Assembly (NCBI RefSeq): GCF_009914755.1
Contig: NC_060948.1
Length of the DNA stretch: 64,000 bases
Strand: one strand, 5' to 3'
Source: the human T2T-CHM13v2.0 reference genome, Homo sapiens
The notes under the pieces are model-generated. The model saw only the letters and a program-made list of their open reading frames with translations, was not told where the DNA came from and made no database searches. A program made the translations under genes and the position numbers. This document shows, piece by piece, positions 1-13,500 of the stretch (positions are counted from its first letter, which is position 1; each line of letters opens with the position of its first letter).

Positions 1-717
1 ATTGGATGGGATTGGAATGAAATGTACTGGAAAGGACTCGAATTTCATGAAACGGAATGGAATGAATTGGAACGGAATGGACTCGAATGGAATGGAATGT
101 CATGGAATGGCATCAAATGGAATGGCATCAAATGGAATGGAATCGAATGCAATGGAATGCTATGGAATGGAATGGAATGCATTGGAATGGAATGTCCTCT
201 AATGGAATGGATTCGAGTGGAATGGAATCGAATATAATGGAGTCGAATGAAATGGAATTGAAAGGAATGGGATCGAATACAATGGAATATACTGGAATGT
301 AATGTAATGATCTCGAATGTAATTGACTGGAATGGAATGTACATGAATGGAATGTAATCGAATGGAAAGTAATCCAATGGAATAGAATCTAATGCAATAA
401 AATCGACTCAGATAGAGTAGAATGTAATGGAATGGAGTGCAGTGCAATGAAATGGAATGGAATGCAATGCAATGGAATGGAATGGAATGGGATGGAATGG
501 TATGGAATGGATAGTAATGGACTGGAGTGAAATGGACTGGAAAGGAATGGACTCAAATTGAAAGGGCTCGAAAGGAATGGAGTCAAATGGAATGGTCTGG
601 AATGGAATGAACACGAATGTAATGCAATCCAATAGAATGGAATCGAATGGCATGGAATATAAAGAAATGGAATCGAAGAGAATGGAAACAAACGGAATGG
701 AATTGAATGGAATGGAA

Positions 718-871
718 TTGAATGGAATGGGAACGAATGGAGTGAAATTGTATGCAGTAGAAGAGAATAGAATGGAATGCAAGCGAAAGGAAAGGAATGG
801 ATTGGAATGGAATGGAATTCATTGGAATGGAAGGGAATGTAGTGTAATGGACAGGCCTGGAATAAAGTGGA
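718..871. other. Target of the classic DYZ1 PCR sexing primer pair (Y1.2/Y1.1), 154 bp here; the homologous segment recurs in every unit
   Basis: TTGAATGGAATGGGAACGAATGG at 718-740 and GGACAGGCCTGGAATAAAGTGGA at 849-871 (reverse complement TCCACTTTATTCCAGGCCTGTCC). The primer identities are recalled from memory, not looked up. Confidence 0.75.
815..858. other. Unit-defining restriction landmarks: EcoRI GAATTC (815-820) and StuI/HaeIII AGGCCT (853-858)
   Basis: Read directly. EcoRI recurs at the same offset in each unit; HaeIII is present in 15 of 18 units. Confidence 0.9.
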
Positions 872-1228
872 ATGCTACGGTCTCGAATGGAATAAAAATG
901 TATGGAATGGAATGCAATGAAACGGAATCGAATGTCAAAGAATGTAATGGAATGCAAAAAAATGGACTCCAAAATCATTGACTGGAAAGGCTGGGTGTCG
1001 AACGGAATTGACTCCAATGGAATGGAATCGAATGGAATGGAAGTGAATAGAATCGAACTAAATCGAATGGAATGGAATTGATAGGAACGGAATGGAAAGG
1101 AATGAAATGATTTGGCATGGAATGGAATCGAATGGCATCGAATGGAATGGAATGGAATGCAAGGCAATGGAATGTATTAGAATGTAATGAACTTTAATGG
1201 AATGTACTCGAATGGATTCGACTGGAAT

Positions 1229-1243
1229 GGAATGTTCTGGAAG
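1229..1243. promoter_or_regulatory. Perfect heat-shock element motif 1 (gGAAtgTTCtgGAAg)
   Basis: Exact nGAAnnTTCnnGAAn match, intact in all 18 units. Function is inferred, not shown. Confidence 0.5.
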
Positions 1244-1508
1244 TGAATGGACTCCAATGGAATGGATTCAAAAGGAATGGAATCGTACGGAATGGAATCT
1301 AATGGAATGGAATTAAATGGAAATGAATCAAATTGAATAGCACGGAATTGAATTGAATGGAATCGAATGCAATGGAATCTAATGAAACGGAAAGGAAAGG
1401 AATGGAATGGAATGGAATGGGCTTGAATGGAAAAAAATCGAAACGAATGGAATGGAATCGAACTGAAGAGACTGGAATGGAATGCACTGGAATGGAAGGG
1501 AGTGTAAT

Positions 1509-1523
1509 GGAAGGTTCTCGAAA
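1509..1523. promoter_or_regulatory. Perfect heat-shock element motif 2 (gGAAggTTCtcGAAa)
   Basis: Exact match in unit 1; one GAA is broken in units 8, 10, 13, 14, 15 and 18. Confidence 0.45.
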
Positions 1524-2529
1524 TAAATGGAATCGAATGGAATGGAATTGAATGGAACGGAATAGAGTCGAATGGAATTGAATGGAATGGAATGGACTAG
1601 AGTGAAATGGAATCGAACCACAAGGAATGGACAGGAATAGAATGGTCTCGAATTGAATGGAATCGTATGGAATGGCATCAAACGGAATGGAATGGACAGC
1701 CACGGAATGGAATGCACTCGAATGCAATGCAGTCGAACCTAATGGACTGGAATAGAATGGACTCGACTGGTACGGACTCCAATGGAATGGAATCGAATGG
1801 AAGGGAATCGAACGGAATGGACTCGAAGGGAAAAGACTGCAATGGAAAGGTCTCGAATGGAATGGAAATTAATGGAATGGAATGGAATCGAATGAAATGG
1901 AGTCAAAAGGAATGGAATCGAATGGCAAGAAATCGAATGTAATGGAATCGCAAGGAATTGATGTGAACGGAACGGAATGGAATGGAATCCAAAGAAATGG
2001 AATAGAATGGAGTGGAATCGAATGGAAAGAACTGGAATGGAAATCACTCGAATAGAATGCAATTTAATAAAATAGGATGAAATGTAATGGAATGGAAAGG
2101 AAAGGAATCGAAACGAAAGGAATGGAGACAGATGGAATGGAATGGAACAGAGAGCAATGGTATAGAATGGAATGGAATCATCTGGAATGGAATTGAATGG
2201 AATGGAATAATATGAAATGGAATGGAATGGAATGGAATGCCCTTGAATTAAATGGACTGGAATGGAATGGACTCGAACAGAGTGGAATGGAAAGTGTTGA
2301 GATAGAATGGAATGGACTCGTTTGGAATGGTCTAGTATGCAATGCAATGGACTGGCAGGGAATCAAAAGGAATGTAATCGAATGGATTGGACTGGAATGC
2401 AATGGACTCGAATAGATTGGAAACGGAATGCAAAGGAATGGAATGGAATAGTATGGAATGGAATGGAAAGGAATGGAGTGGAATAGACTAGAGTGGAATG
2501 GAATGGACTCGAAAGCAATGGACTGGAAT

Positions 2530-2544
2530 GGAACTTTCTTGAAT
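2530..2544. promoter_or_regulatory. Perfect heat-shock element motif 3 (gGAActTTCttGAAt)
   Basis: Exact nGAAnnTTCnnGAAn match, intact in all 18 units. Function is inferred. Confidence 0.5.
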
Positions 2545-3534
2545 GGACTGGAATCAAACGGAATGGAATGCAAAGCAATCAAATGGCATGGAATAAAATA
2601 GAATGAAAGAGAATCAAATGGAATTGAATCGAATGGAATCGAATGGATTGGAAAGGAATAGAATGGAATGGAATGGAATTGACTCAAATGGAATGGACTA
2701 GAATGGAATGGATTCGAATGGAAGGCAAAGGAATGGAATCTACTGGAATGGACAGCAATGGAATGGAAAGGAAGGGATTGGAATGGACTCGAATGGAATG
2801 GACTGCAATAGAAAGGATTCGAATGGAATGAAAAAGAATTGAATGGAGTAGAACAGAATGGAATCAAATCGAATGAAATGGAATGGAATAGAAAGGAATG
2901 GAATGAAATGGAATGGAAAGGATTCGAATGGAATGCAATCGAATGGAATGGAATCGAACGGAATGGAATAAAATGGAAGAAAACTGGCAAGAAATGGAAT
3001 CGAAATGAATGGAGTGTTATGGAACGGACTCCAGAGAAATTGAATGTAATAGAATGGAGTGGAGTGGACTCGAATATAATGGACTGGAATGGTATGAAAT
3101 CACATGGAATGGGAACGAATGGAATGGAATGGAAAGGAATGGAATCGAATGGAAAGGAATCGAATGGAAGGGAATGAAATTGAATCAACAGGAATGGAAG
3201 GGAATAGAATAGACGGTAATGGAATGGACTCGAATAGAATGGACACGAATGCTCAAAATGAATGGACTCGAATGGAATGGAAACGAAAGGAATGTCATCG
3301 AATGGAATTGAATTGATTGGAATGAAATGGCATAGAATGGAGTGGAATCAAATGGAATTGAATCGAAAGGAAAGGAAGCGAATGGACTGAAATGAAATGG
3401 AATGGAATTGAATGGAAAGTAAAGCAATGGAATAGAATGGAACGAAATTTCACGGAATGGAATCAAACTGAATGGAATCAAATCAATGGAATATAATCAA
3501 ATGGAATGGAAAGGAATTGAATGGAGTAGATGGG

Positions 3535-6500
3535 ATTGGATGGGATTGGAATGAAATGTACTGGAAAGGACTCGAAGTTCATGAAACGGAATGGAATGAA
3601 TTGGAACGGAATGGACTCGAATGAAATGGAATGTCATGGAATGGCATCAAATGGAATGGCATCAAATGGAATGGAATCGAATGCAATGGAATGCTATGGA
3701 ATGGAATGGAATGCATTGGAATGGAATGTCCTCTAATGGAATGGATTCGAGTGGAATGGAATCGAATATAATGGAGTCGAATGAAATGGAATTGAAAGGA
3801 ATGGGATCGAATACAATGGAATATACTGGAATGTAATGTAATGATCTCGAATGTAATTGACTGGAATGGAATGTACATGAATGGAATGTAATCGAATGGA
3901 AAGTAATCCAATGGAATAGAATCTAATGCAATAAAATCGACTCAGATAGAGTAGAATGTAATGGAATGGAGTGCAGTGCAATGGAATGGAATGGAATGGA
4001 ATGGAATGCAATGGAATGGAATGGAATGGGATGGAATGGTATGGAATGGATAGTAATGGACTGGAGTGAAATGGACTGGAAAGGAATGGACTCAAATTGA
4101 AAGGGCTCGAAAGGAATGGAGTCAAATGGAATGGTCTGGAATGGAATGAACACGAATGTAATGCAATCCAATAGAATGGAATCGAATGGCATGGAATATA
4201 AAGAAATGGAATCGAAGAGAATGGAAACAAACGGAATGGAATTGAATGGAATGGAATTGAATGGAATGGGAACGAATGGAGTGAAATTGTATGCAGTAGA
4301 AGAGAATAGAATGGAATGCAAGCGAAAGGAAAGGAATGGATTGGAATGGAATGGAATTCATTGCAATGGAAGGGAATGTAGTGTAATGGACACGCCTGGA
4401 ATAAAGTGGAATGCTACGGTCTCGAATGGAATAAAAATGTATGGAATGGAATGCAATGAAACGGAATCGAATGTCATAGAATGTAATGGAATGCAAAAAA
4501 ATGGACTCCAAAATCATTGACTGGAAAGGCTGGGTGTCGAAAGGAATTGACTCCAATGGAATGGAATCGAATGGAATGGAAGTGAATAGAATCGAACTAA
4601 ATCGAATGGAATGGAATTGATAGGAACGGAATGGAAAGGAATGAAATGATTTGGCATGGAATGGAATCGAATGGCATCGAATGGAATGGAATGGAATGCA
4701 ATGCAATGGAATGTATTAGAATGTAATGAACTTTAATGGAATGTACTCGAATGGATTCGACTGGAATGGAATGTTCTGGAAGTGAATGGACTCCAATGGA
4801 ATGGATTGAAAAGGAATGGAATCGTACGGAATGGAATCTAATGGAATGGAATTAAATGGAAATGAATGAAATTGAATAGCACGGAATTGAATTGAATGGA
4901 ATCGAATGCAATGGAATCTAATGAAACGGAAAGGAAAGGAATGGAATGGAATGGAATGGGCTGGAATGGAAAGGAATCGAAACGAATGGAATGGAATCGA
5001 ACTGAAGAGACTGGAATGGAATGCACTGGAATGGAAGGGAGTGTAATGGAAGGTTCTCGAAAAAAATGGAATCGAATGGAATGGAATTGAATGGAACGGA
5101 ATAGAGTCGAATGGAATTGAATGGAATGGAATGGAGTAGAGTGAAATGGAATCGAACCACAAGGAATGGACAGGAATAGAATGGTCTCGAATTGAATGGA
5201 ATCGTATGGAATGGCATCAAACGGAATGGAATGGACAGCCACGGAATGGAATGCACTCGAATGCAATGGAGTCGAACCTAATGGACTGGAATAGAATGGA
5301 CTCGACTGGTACGGACTCCAATGGAATGGAATCGAATGGAAGGGAATCGAACGGAATGGACTCGAAGGGAAAAGACTGCAATGGAAAGGTCTCGAATGGA
5401 ATGGAAATTAATGGAATGGAATGGAATCGAATGAAATGGAGTCAAAAGGAATGGAATCGAATGGCAAGAAATCGAATGTAATGGAATCGCAAGGAATTGA
5501 TGTGAACGGAACGGAATGGAATGGAATCCAAAGAAATGGAATAGAATGGAATGGAATCGAATGGAAAGAACTCGAATGGAAATCACTCGAATAGAATGCA
5601 ATTTAATAAAATAGGATGAAATGTAATGGAATGGAATGGAAAGGAATCGAAACGAAAGGAATGGAGACAGATGGAATGGAATGGAACAGAGAGCAATGGT
5701 ATAGAATGGAATGGAATCATCTGGAATGGAATTGAATGGAATGGAATAATATGAAATGGAATGGAATGGAATGGAATGCCCTTGAATTAAATGGACTGGA
5801 ATGGAATGGACTCGAACAGAGTGGAATGGAAAGTGTTGAGATAGAATGGAATGGACTCCTTTGGAATGGTCTAGTATGCAATGCAATGGACTGGCAGGGA
5901 ATCAAAAGGAATGTAATCGAATGGATTGGACTGGAATGCAATGGACTCGAATAGATTGGAAACGGAATGCAAAGGAATGGAATGGAATAGTATGGAATGG
6001 AATGGAAAGGAATGGAGTGGAATAGACTAGAGTGGAATGGAATGGACTCGAAAGCAATGGACTGGAATGGAACTTTCTTGAATGGACTGGAATCAAACGG
6101 AATGGAATGCAATGCAATCAAATGGCATGGAATAAAATAGAATGAAAGAGAATCAAATGGAATTGAATCGAATGGAATCGAATGGATTGGAAAGGAATAG
6201 AATGGAATGGAATGGAATTGACTCAAATGGAATGGACTAGAATGGAATGGATTCGAATGGAAGGCAAAGGAATGGAATCTATTGGAATGGACAGCAATGG
6301 AATGGAAAGGAAGGGATTGGAATGGACTCGAATGGAATGGACTGCAATAGAAAGGATTCGAATGGAATGAAAAAGAATTGAATGGAATAGAACAGAATGG
6401 AATCAAATCGAATGAAATGGAATGGAATAGAAAGGAATGGAATGAAATGGAATGGAAAGGATTCGAATGGAATGCAATCGAAGGGAATGGAATCGAACGG

Positions 6501-7073
6501 AATGGAATAAAATGGAAGAAAACTGGCAAGAAATGGAATCGAAATGAATGGAGTGTTATGGAACGGACTCCAAAGGAATTGAATGTAATAGAATGGAGTG
6601 GAGTGGACTCGAATATAATGGACTGGAATGGAATGAAATCACATGGAATGGGAACGAATGGAATGGAATGGAAAGGAATGGAATCGAATGGAAAGGAATC
6701 GAATGGAAGGGAATGAAATTGAATCAACCTGAATGGAAGGGAATAGAATAGACGGTAATGGAATGGACTCGAATAGAATGGACACGAATGCTCAAATTGA
6801 ATGGACTCGAATGGAATGGAAACGAAAGGAATGTCATCGAATGGAATTGAATCGATTGGAATGAAATGGCATAGAATGGAGTGGAATCAAATGGAATTGA
6901 ATCAAAAGGAAAGGAAGCGAATGGACTGAAATGAAATGGAATGGAATTGAATGGAAAGTAAAGCAATGGAATAGAATGGAACGAAATTTCACGGAATGGA
7001 ATCAAACTGAATGGAATCAAATCAATGGAATATAATCAAATGGAATGGAAAGGAATTGAATGGAGTAGATGGG
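3535..7073. repeat. DYZ1 unit 2 (3539 bp)
   Basis: Homologous ORF 3579 to 7118; HaeIII site lost (CACGCCT at 4391). Confidence 0.93.
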
Positions 7074-10000
7074 ATTGGATGGGATTGGAATGAAATGTAC
7101 TGGAAAGGACTCGAAGTTCATGAAACGGAATGGAATGAATTGGAACGGAATGGACTCGAATGGAATGGAATGTCATGGAATGGCATCAAATGGAATGGCA
7201 TCAAATGGAATGGAATCGAATGCAATGGAATGCTATGGAATGGAATGGAATGCATTGGAATGGAATGTCCTCTAATGGAATGGATTCGAGTGGAATGGAA
7301 TCGAATATAATGGAGTCGAATGAAATGGAATTGAAAGGAATGGGATCGAATACAATGGAATATACTGGAATGTAATGTAATGATCTCGAATGTAATTGAC
7401 TGGAATGGAATGTACATGAATGGAATGTAATCGAATGGAAAGTAATCCAATGGAATAGAATCTAATGCAATAAAATCGACTCAGATAGAGTAGAATGTAA
7501 TGGAATGGAGTGCAGTGCAATGAAATGTAATGGAATGCAATGCAATGGAATGGAATGGAATGGGATGGAATGGTATGGAATGGATAGTAATGGACTGGAG
7601 TGAAATGGACTGGAAAGGAATGGACTCAAATTGAAAGGGCTCGAAAGGAATGGAGTCAAATGGAATGGTCTGGAATGGAATGAACACGAATGTAATGCAA
7701 TCCAATAGAATGGAATCGAATGGCATGGAATATAAAGAAATGGAATCGAAGAGAATGGAAACAAACGGAATGGAATTGAATGGAATGGAATTGAATGGAA
7801 TGGGAACGAATGGAGTGAAATTGTATGCAGTAGAAGAGAATAGAATGGAATGCAAGCGAAAGGAAAGGAATGGATTGGAATGGAATGGAATTCATTGGAA
7901 TGGAAGGGAATGTAGTGTAATGGACAGGCCTGGAATAAAGTGGAATGCTACGGTCTCGAATGGAATAAAAATGTATGGAATGGAATGCAATGAAACGGAA
8001 TCGAATGTCAAAGAATGTAATGGAATGCAAAAAAATGGACTCCAAAATCATTGACTGGAAAGGCTGGGTGTCGAACGGAATTGACTCCAATGGAATGGAA
8101 TCGAATGGAATGGAAGTGAATAGAATCGAACTAAATCGAATGGAATGGAATTGATAGGAACGGAATGGAAAGGAATGAAATGATTTGGCATGGAATGGAA
8201 TCGAATGGCATCGAATGGAATGGAATGGAATGCAAGACAATGGAATGTATTAGAATGTAATGAACTTTAATGGAATGTACTCGAATGGATTCGACTGGAA
8301 TGGAATGTTCTGGAAGTGAATGGACTCCAATGGAATGGATTGAAAAGGAATGGAATCGTACGGAATGGAATTAAATGGAAATGAATCAAATTGAATAACA
8401 CGGAATTGAATTGAATGGAATCGAATGCAATGGAATCTAATGAAACGGAAAGGAAAGGAATGGAATGGAATGGAATGGGCTGGAATGGAAAGGAATCGAA
8501 ACGAATGGAATGGAATCGAACTGAAGAGACTGGAATGGAATGCACTGGAATGGAAGGGAGTGTAATGGAAGGTTCTCGAAAAAAATGGAATCGAATGGAA
8601 TGGAATTGAATGGAACGGAATAGAGTCGAATGGAATTGAATGGAATGGAATGGAGTAGAGTGAAATGGAATCGAACCACAAGGAATGGACAGGAATAGAA
8701 TGGTCTCGAATTGAATGGAATCGTATGGAATGGCATCAAACGGAATGGAATGGACAGCCACGGAATGGAATGCACTCGAATGCAATGGAGTCGAACCTAA
8801 TGGACTGGAATAGAATGGACTCGACTGGTACGGACTCCAATGGAATGGAATCGAATGGAAGGGAATCGAACGGAATGGACTCGAAGGGAAAAGACTGCAA
8901 TGGAAAGGTCTCGAATGGAATGGAAATTAATGGAATGGAATGGAATCGAATGAAATGGAGTCAAAAGGAATGGAATCGAATGGCAAGAAATCGAATGTAA
9001 TGGAATCGCAAGGAATTGATGTGAACGGAACGGAATGGAATGGAATCCAAAGAAATGGAATAGAATGGAATGGAATCGAATGGAAAGAACTCGAATGGAA
9101 ATCACTCGAATAGAATGCAATTTAATAAAATAGGATGAAATGCAATTGAATGGAATGGAAAGGAATCGAAACGAAAGGAATGGAGACAGATGGAATGGAA
9201 TGGAACAGAGAGCAATGGTATAGAATGGAATGGAATCATCTGGAATGGAATTGAATGGAATGGAATAATATGAAATGGAATGGAATGGAATGGAATGCCC
9301 TTGAATTAAATGGACTGGAATGGAATGGACTCGAACAGAGTGGAATGGAATGTGTTGAGATAGAATGGAATAGACTCCTTTGGAATGGTCTAATATGCAA
9401 TGCAATCAACTGGCAGGGAATCAAAAGGAATGTAATCGAATGGATTGGACTGGAATGCAATGGACTCGAATAGATTGGAAACGGAATGCAAAGGAATGGA
9501 ATGGAATAGTATGGAATGGAATGGAAAGGAATGGAGTGGAATAGACTAGAGTGGAATGGAATGGACTCGAAAGCAATGGACTGGAATGGAACTTTCTTGA
9601 ATGGACTGGAATCAAACGGAATGGAATGCAATGCAATCAAATGGCATGGAATAAAATAGAATGAAAGAGAATCAAATGGAATTGAATCGAATGCAATCGA
9701 ATGGATTGGAAAGGAATAGAATGGAATGGAATGGAATTGACTCAAATGGAATGGACTAGAATGGAATGGATTCGAATGGAAGGCAAAGGAATGGAATCTA
9801 TTGGAATGGACAGCAATGGAATGGAAAGGAAGGGATTGGAATGGACTCGAATGGAATGGACTGCAATAGAAAGGATTCGAATGGAATGAAAAAGAATTGA
9901 ATGGAATAGAACAGAATGGAATCAAATCGAATGAAATGGAATGGAATAGAAAGGAATGGAATGAAATGGAATGGAAAGGATTCGAATGGAATGCAATCGA

Positions 10001-10592
10001 AGGGAATGGAATCGAACGGAATGGAATAAAATGGAAGAAAACTGGCAAGAAATGGAATCGAAATGAATGGAGTGTTATGGAACGGACTCCAAAGGAATTG
10101 AATGTAATAGAATGGAGTGGAGTGGACTCGAATATAATGGACTGGAATGGAATGAAATCACATGGAATGGGAACGAATGGAATGGAATGGAAAGGAATGG
10201 AATCGAATGGAAAGGAATCGAATGGAAGGGAATGAAATTGAATCAACAGGAATGGAAGGGAATAGAATAGACGGTAATGGAATGGACTCGAATAGAATGG
10301 ACACGAATGCTCAAATTGAATGGACTCGAATGGAATGGAAACGAAAGGAATGTCATCGAATGGAATTGAATCGATTGGAATGAAATGGCATAGAATGGAG
10401 TGGAATCAAATGGAATTGAATCGAAAGGAAAGGAAGCGAATGGACTGAAATGAAATGGAATGGAATTGAATGGAAAGTAAAGCAATGGAATAGAATGGAA
10501 CGAAATTTCACGGAATGGAATCAAACTGAATGGAATCAAATCAATGGAATATAATCAAATGGAATGGAAAGGAATTGAATGGAGTAGATGGG
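7074..10592. repeat. DYZ1 unit 3 (3519 bp)
   Basis: Homologous ORF 7118 to 10637; 15-bp deletion near 8370. Confidence 0.93.
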
Positions 10593-13500
10593 ATTGGATG
10601 GGATTGGAATGAAATGTACTGGAAAGGACTCGAAGTTCATGAAACGGAATGGAATGAATTGGAACGGAATGGACTCGAATGAAATGGAATGTCATGGAAT
10701 GGCATCAAATGGAATGGCATCAAATGGAATGGAATCGAATGCAATGGAATGCTATGGAATGGAATGGAATGCATTGGAATGGAATGTCCTCTAATGGAAT
10801 GGATTCGAGTGGAATGGAATCGAATATAATGGAGTCGAATGAAATGGAATTGAAAGGAATGGGATCGAATACAATGGAATATACTGGAATGTAATGTAAT
10901 GATCTCGAATGTAATTGACTGGAATGGAATGTACATGAATGGAATGTAATCGAATGGAAAGTAATCCAATGGAATAGAATCTAATGCAATAAAATCGACT
11001 CAGATAGAGTAGAATGTAATGGAATGGAGTGCAGTGCAATGGAATGGAATGGAATGGAATGCAATGGAATGGAATGGAATGGGATGGAATGGTATGGAAT
11101 GGATAGTAATGGACTGGAGTGAAATGGACTGGAAAGGAATGGACTCAAATTGAAAGGGCTCGAAAGGAATGGAGTCAAATGGAATGGTCTGGAATGGAAT
11201 GAACACGAATGTAATGCAATCCAATAGAATGGAATCGAATGGCATGGAATATAAAGAAATGGAATCGAAGAGAATGGAAACAAACGGAATGGAATTGAAT
11301 GGAATGGAATTGAATGGAATGGGAACGAATGGAGTGAAATTGTATGCAGTAGAAGAGAATAGAATGGAATGCAAGCGAAAGGAAAGGAATGGATTGGAAT
11401 GGAATGGAATTCATTGGAATGGAAGGGAATGTAGTGTAATGGACAGGCCTGGAATAAAGTGGAATGCTACGGTCTCGAATGGAATAAAAATGTATGGAAT
11501 GGAATGCAATGAAACGGAATCGAATGTCATAGAATGTAATGGAATGCAAAAAAATGGACTCCAAAATCATTGACTGGAAAGGCTGGGTGTCGAAAGGAAT
11601 TGACTCCAATGGAATGGAATCGAATGGAATGGAAGTGAATAGAATTGAAGTAAAACGAATGGAATGGAATTGATAGGAACGGAATGGAAAGGAATGAAAT
11701 GATTTGGCATGGAATGGAATCGAATGGCATCGAATGGAATGGAATGGAATGCAATGCAATGGAATGTATTAGAATGTAATGAACTTTAATGGAATGTACT
11801 CGAATGGATTCGACTGGAATGGAATGTTCTGGAAGTGAATGGACTCCAATGGAATGGATTGAAAAGGAATGGAATCGTACGGAATGGAATCTAATGGAAT
11901 GGAATTAAATGGAAATGAATGAAATTGAATAGCACGGAATTGAATTGAATGGAATCGAATGCAATGGAATCTAATGAAACGGAAAGGAAAGGAATGGAAT
12001 GGAATGGAATGGGCTGGAATGGAAAGGAATCGAAACGAATGGAATGGAATCGAACTGAAGAGACTGGAATGGAATGCAGTGGAATGGAAGGGAGTGTAAT
12101 GGAAGGTTCTCGAAAAAAATGGAATCGAATGGAATGGAATTGAATGGAACGGAATAGAGTCGAATGGAATTGAATGGAATGGAATGGAGTAGAGAGAAAT
12201 GGAATCGAACCACAAGGAATGGACAGGAATAGAATGGTCTCGAATTGAATGGAATCGTATGGAATGGCATCAAACGGAATGGAATGGACAGCCACGGAAT
12301 GGAATGCACTCGAATACAATGGAGTCGAAACTAATGGACTGGAATAGAATGGACTCGACTGGTACGGACTCCAATGGAATGGAATCGAATGGAAGGGAAT
12401 CGAACGGAATGGACTCGAAGGGAAAGGACTGCAATGGAAAGGTCTCGAATGGAATGGAAATTAATGGAATGGAATGGAATCGAATGAAATGGAGTCAAAA
12501 GGAATGGAATCGAATGGCAAGAAATCGAATGTAATGGAATCGCAAGGAATTGATGTGAACGGAACGGAATGGAATGGAATCCAAAGAAATGGAATAGAAT
12601 GGAATGGAATCGAATGGAAAGAACTCGAATGGAAATCACTCGAATAGAATGCAATTTAATAAAATAGGATCAAATGTAATGGAATGGAATGGAAAGGAAT
12701 CGAAACGAAAGGAATGGAGACAGATGGAATGGAATGGAACAGAGAGCAATGGTATAGAATGGAATGGAATCATCTGGAATGGAATTGAATGGAATGGAAT
12801 AATATGAAATGGAATGGAATGGAATGGAATGCCCTTGAATTAAATGGACTGGAATGGAATGGACTCGAACAGAGTGGAATGGAAAGTGTTGAGATAGAAT
12901 GGAATGGACTCCTTTGGAATGGTCTAGTATGCAATGCAATCGACTGGCAGGGAATCAAAAGGAATGTAATCGAATGGATTGGACTGGAATGCAATGGACT
13001 CGAATAGATTGGAAACGGAATGCAAAGGAATGGAATGGAATAGTATGGAATGGAATGGAAAGGAATGGAGTGGAATAGACTAGAGTGGAATGGAATGGAC
13101 TCGAAAGCAATGGACTGGAATGGAACTTTCTTGAATGGACTGGAATCAAACGGAATGGAATGCAATGCAATCAAATGGCATGGAATAAAATAGAATGAAA
13201 GAGAATCAAATGGAATTGAATCGAATGCAATCGAATGGATTGGAAAGGAATAGAATGGAATGGAATGGAATTGACTCAAATGGAATGGACTAGAATGGAA
13301 TGGATTCGAATGGAAGGCAAAGGAATGGAATCTATTGGAATGGACAGCAATGGAATGGAAAGGAAGGGATTGGAATGGACTCGAATGGAATGGACTGCAA
13401 TAGAAAGGATTCGAATGGAATGAAAAAGAATTGAATGGAATAGAACAGAATGGAATCAAATCGAATGAAATGGAATGGAATAGAAAGGAATGGAATGAAA

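Larger units (their letters stand above)
1..3534. repeat. DYZ1 unit 1 (3534 bp; unit start set arbitrarily at ATTGGATGGGATTGG)
   Basis: Landmark ATTGGATGGGATTGGAATGAAATGTAC at 1 recurs at 3535; the homologous ORF moves from 45 to 3579. Confidence 0.93.

Noticed and set aside
39-53. GAATTTCATGAA as a fourth heat-shock element
   Set aside because: The GAA-to-TTC spacing is 1 nt instead of 2, leaving only two correctly spaced half-sites.
3475-3486. GAATCAAATCA as a DUX4 site
   Set aside because: It has two mismatches to TAAYYYAATCA and can easily arise by chance in this composition.
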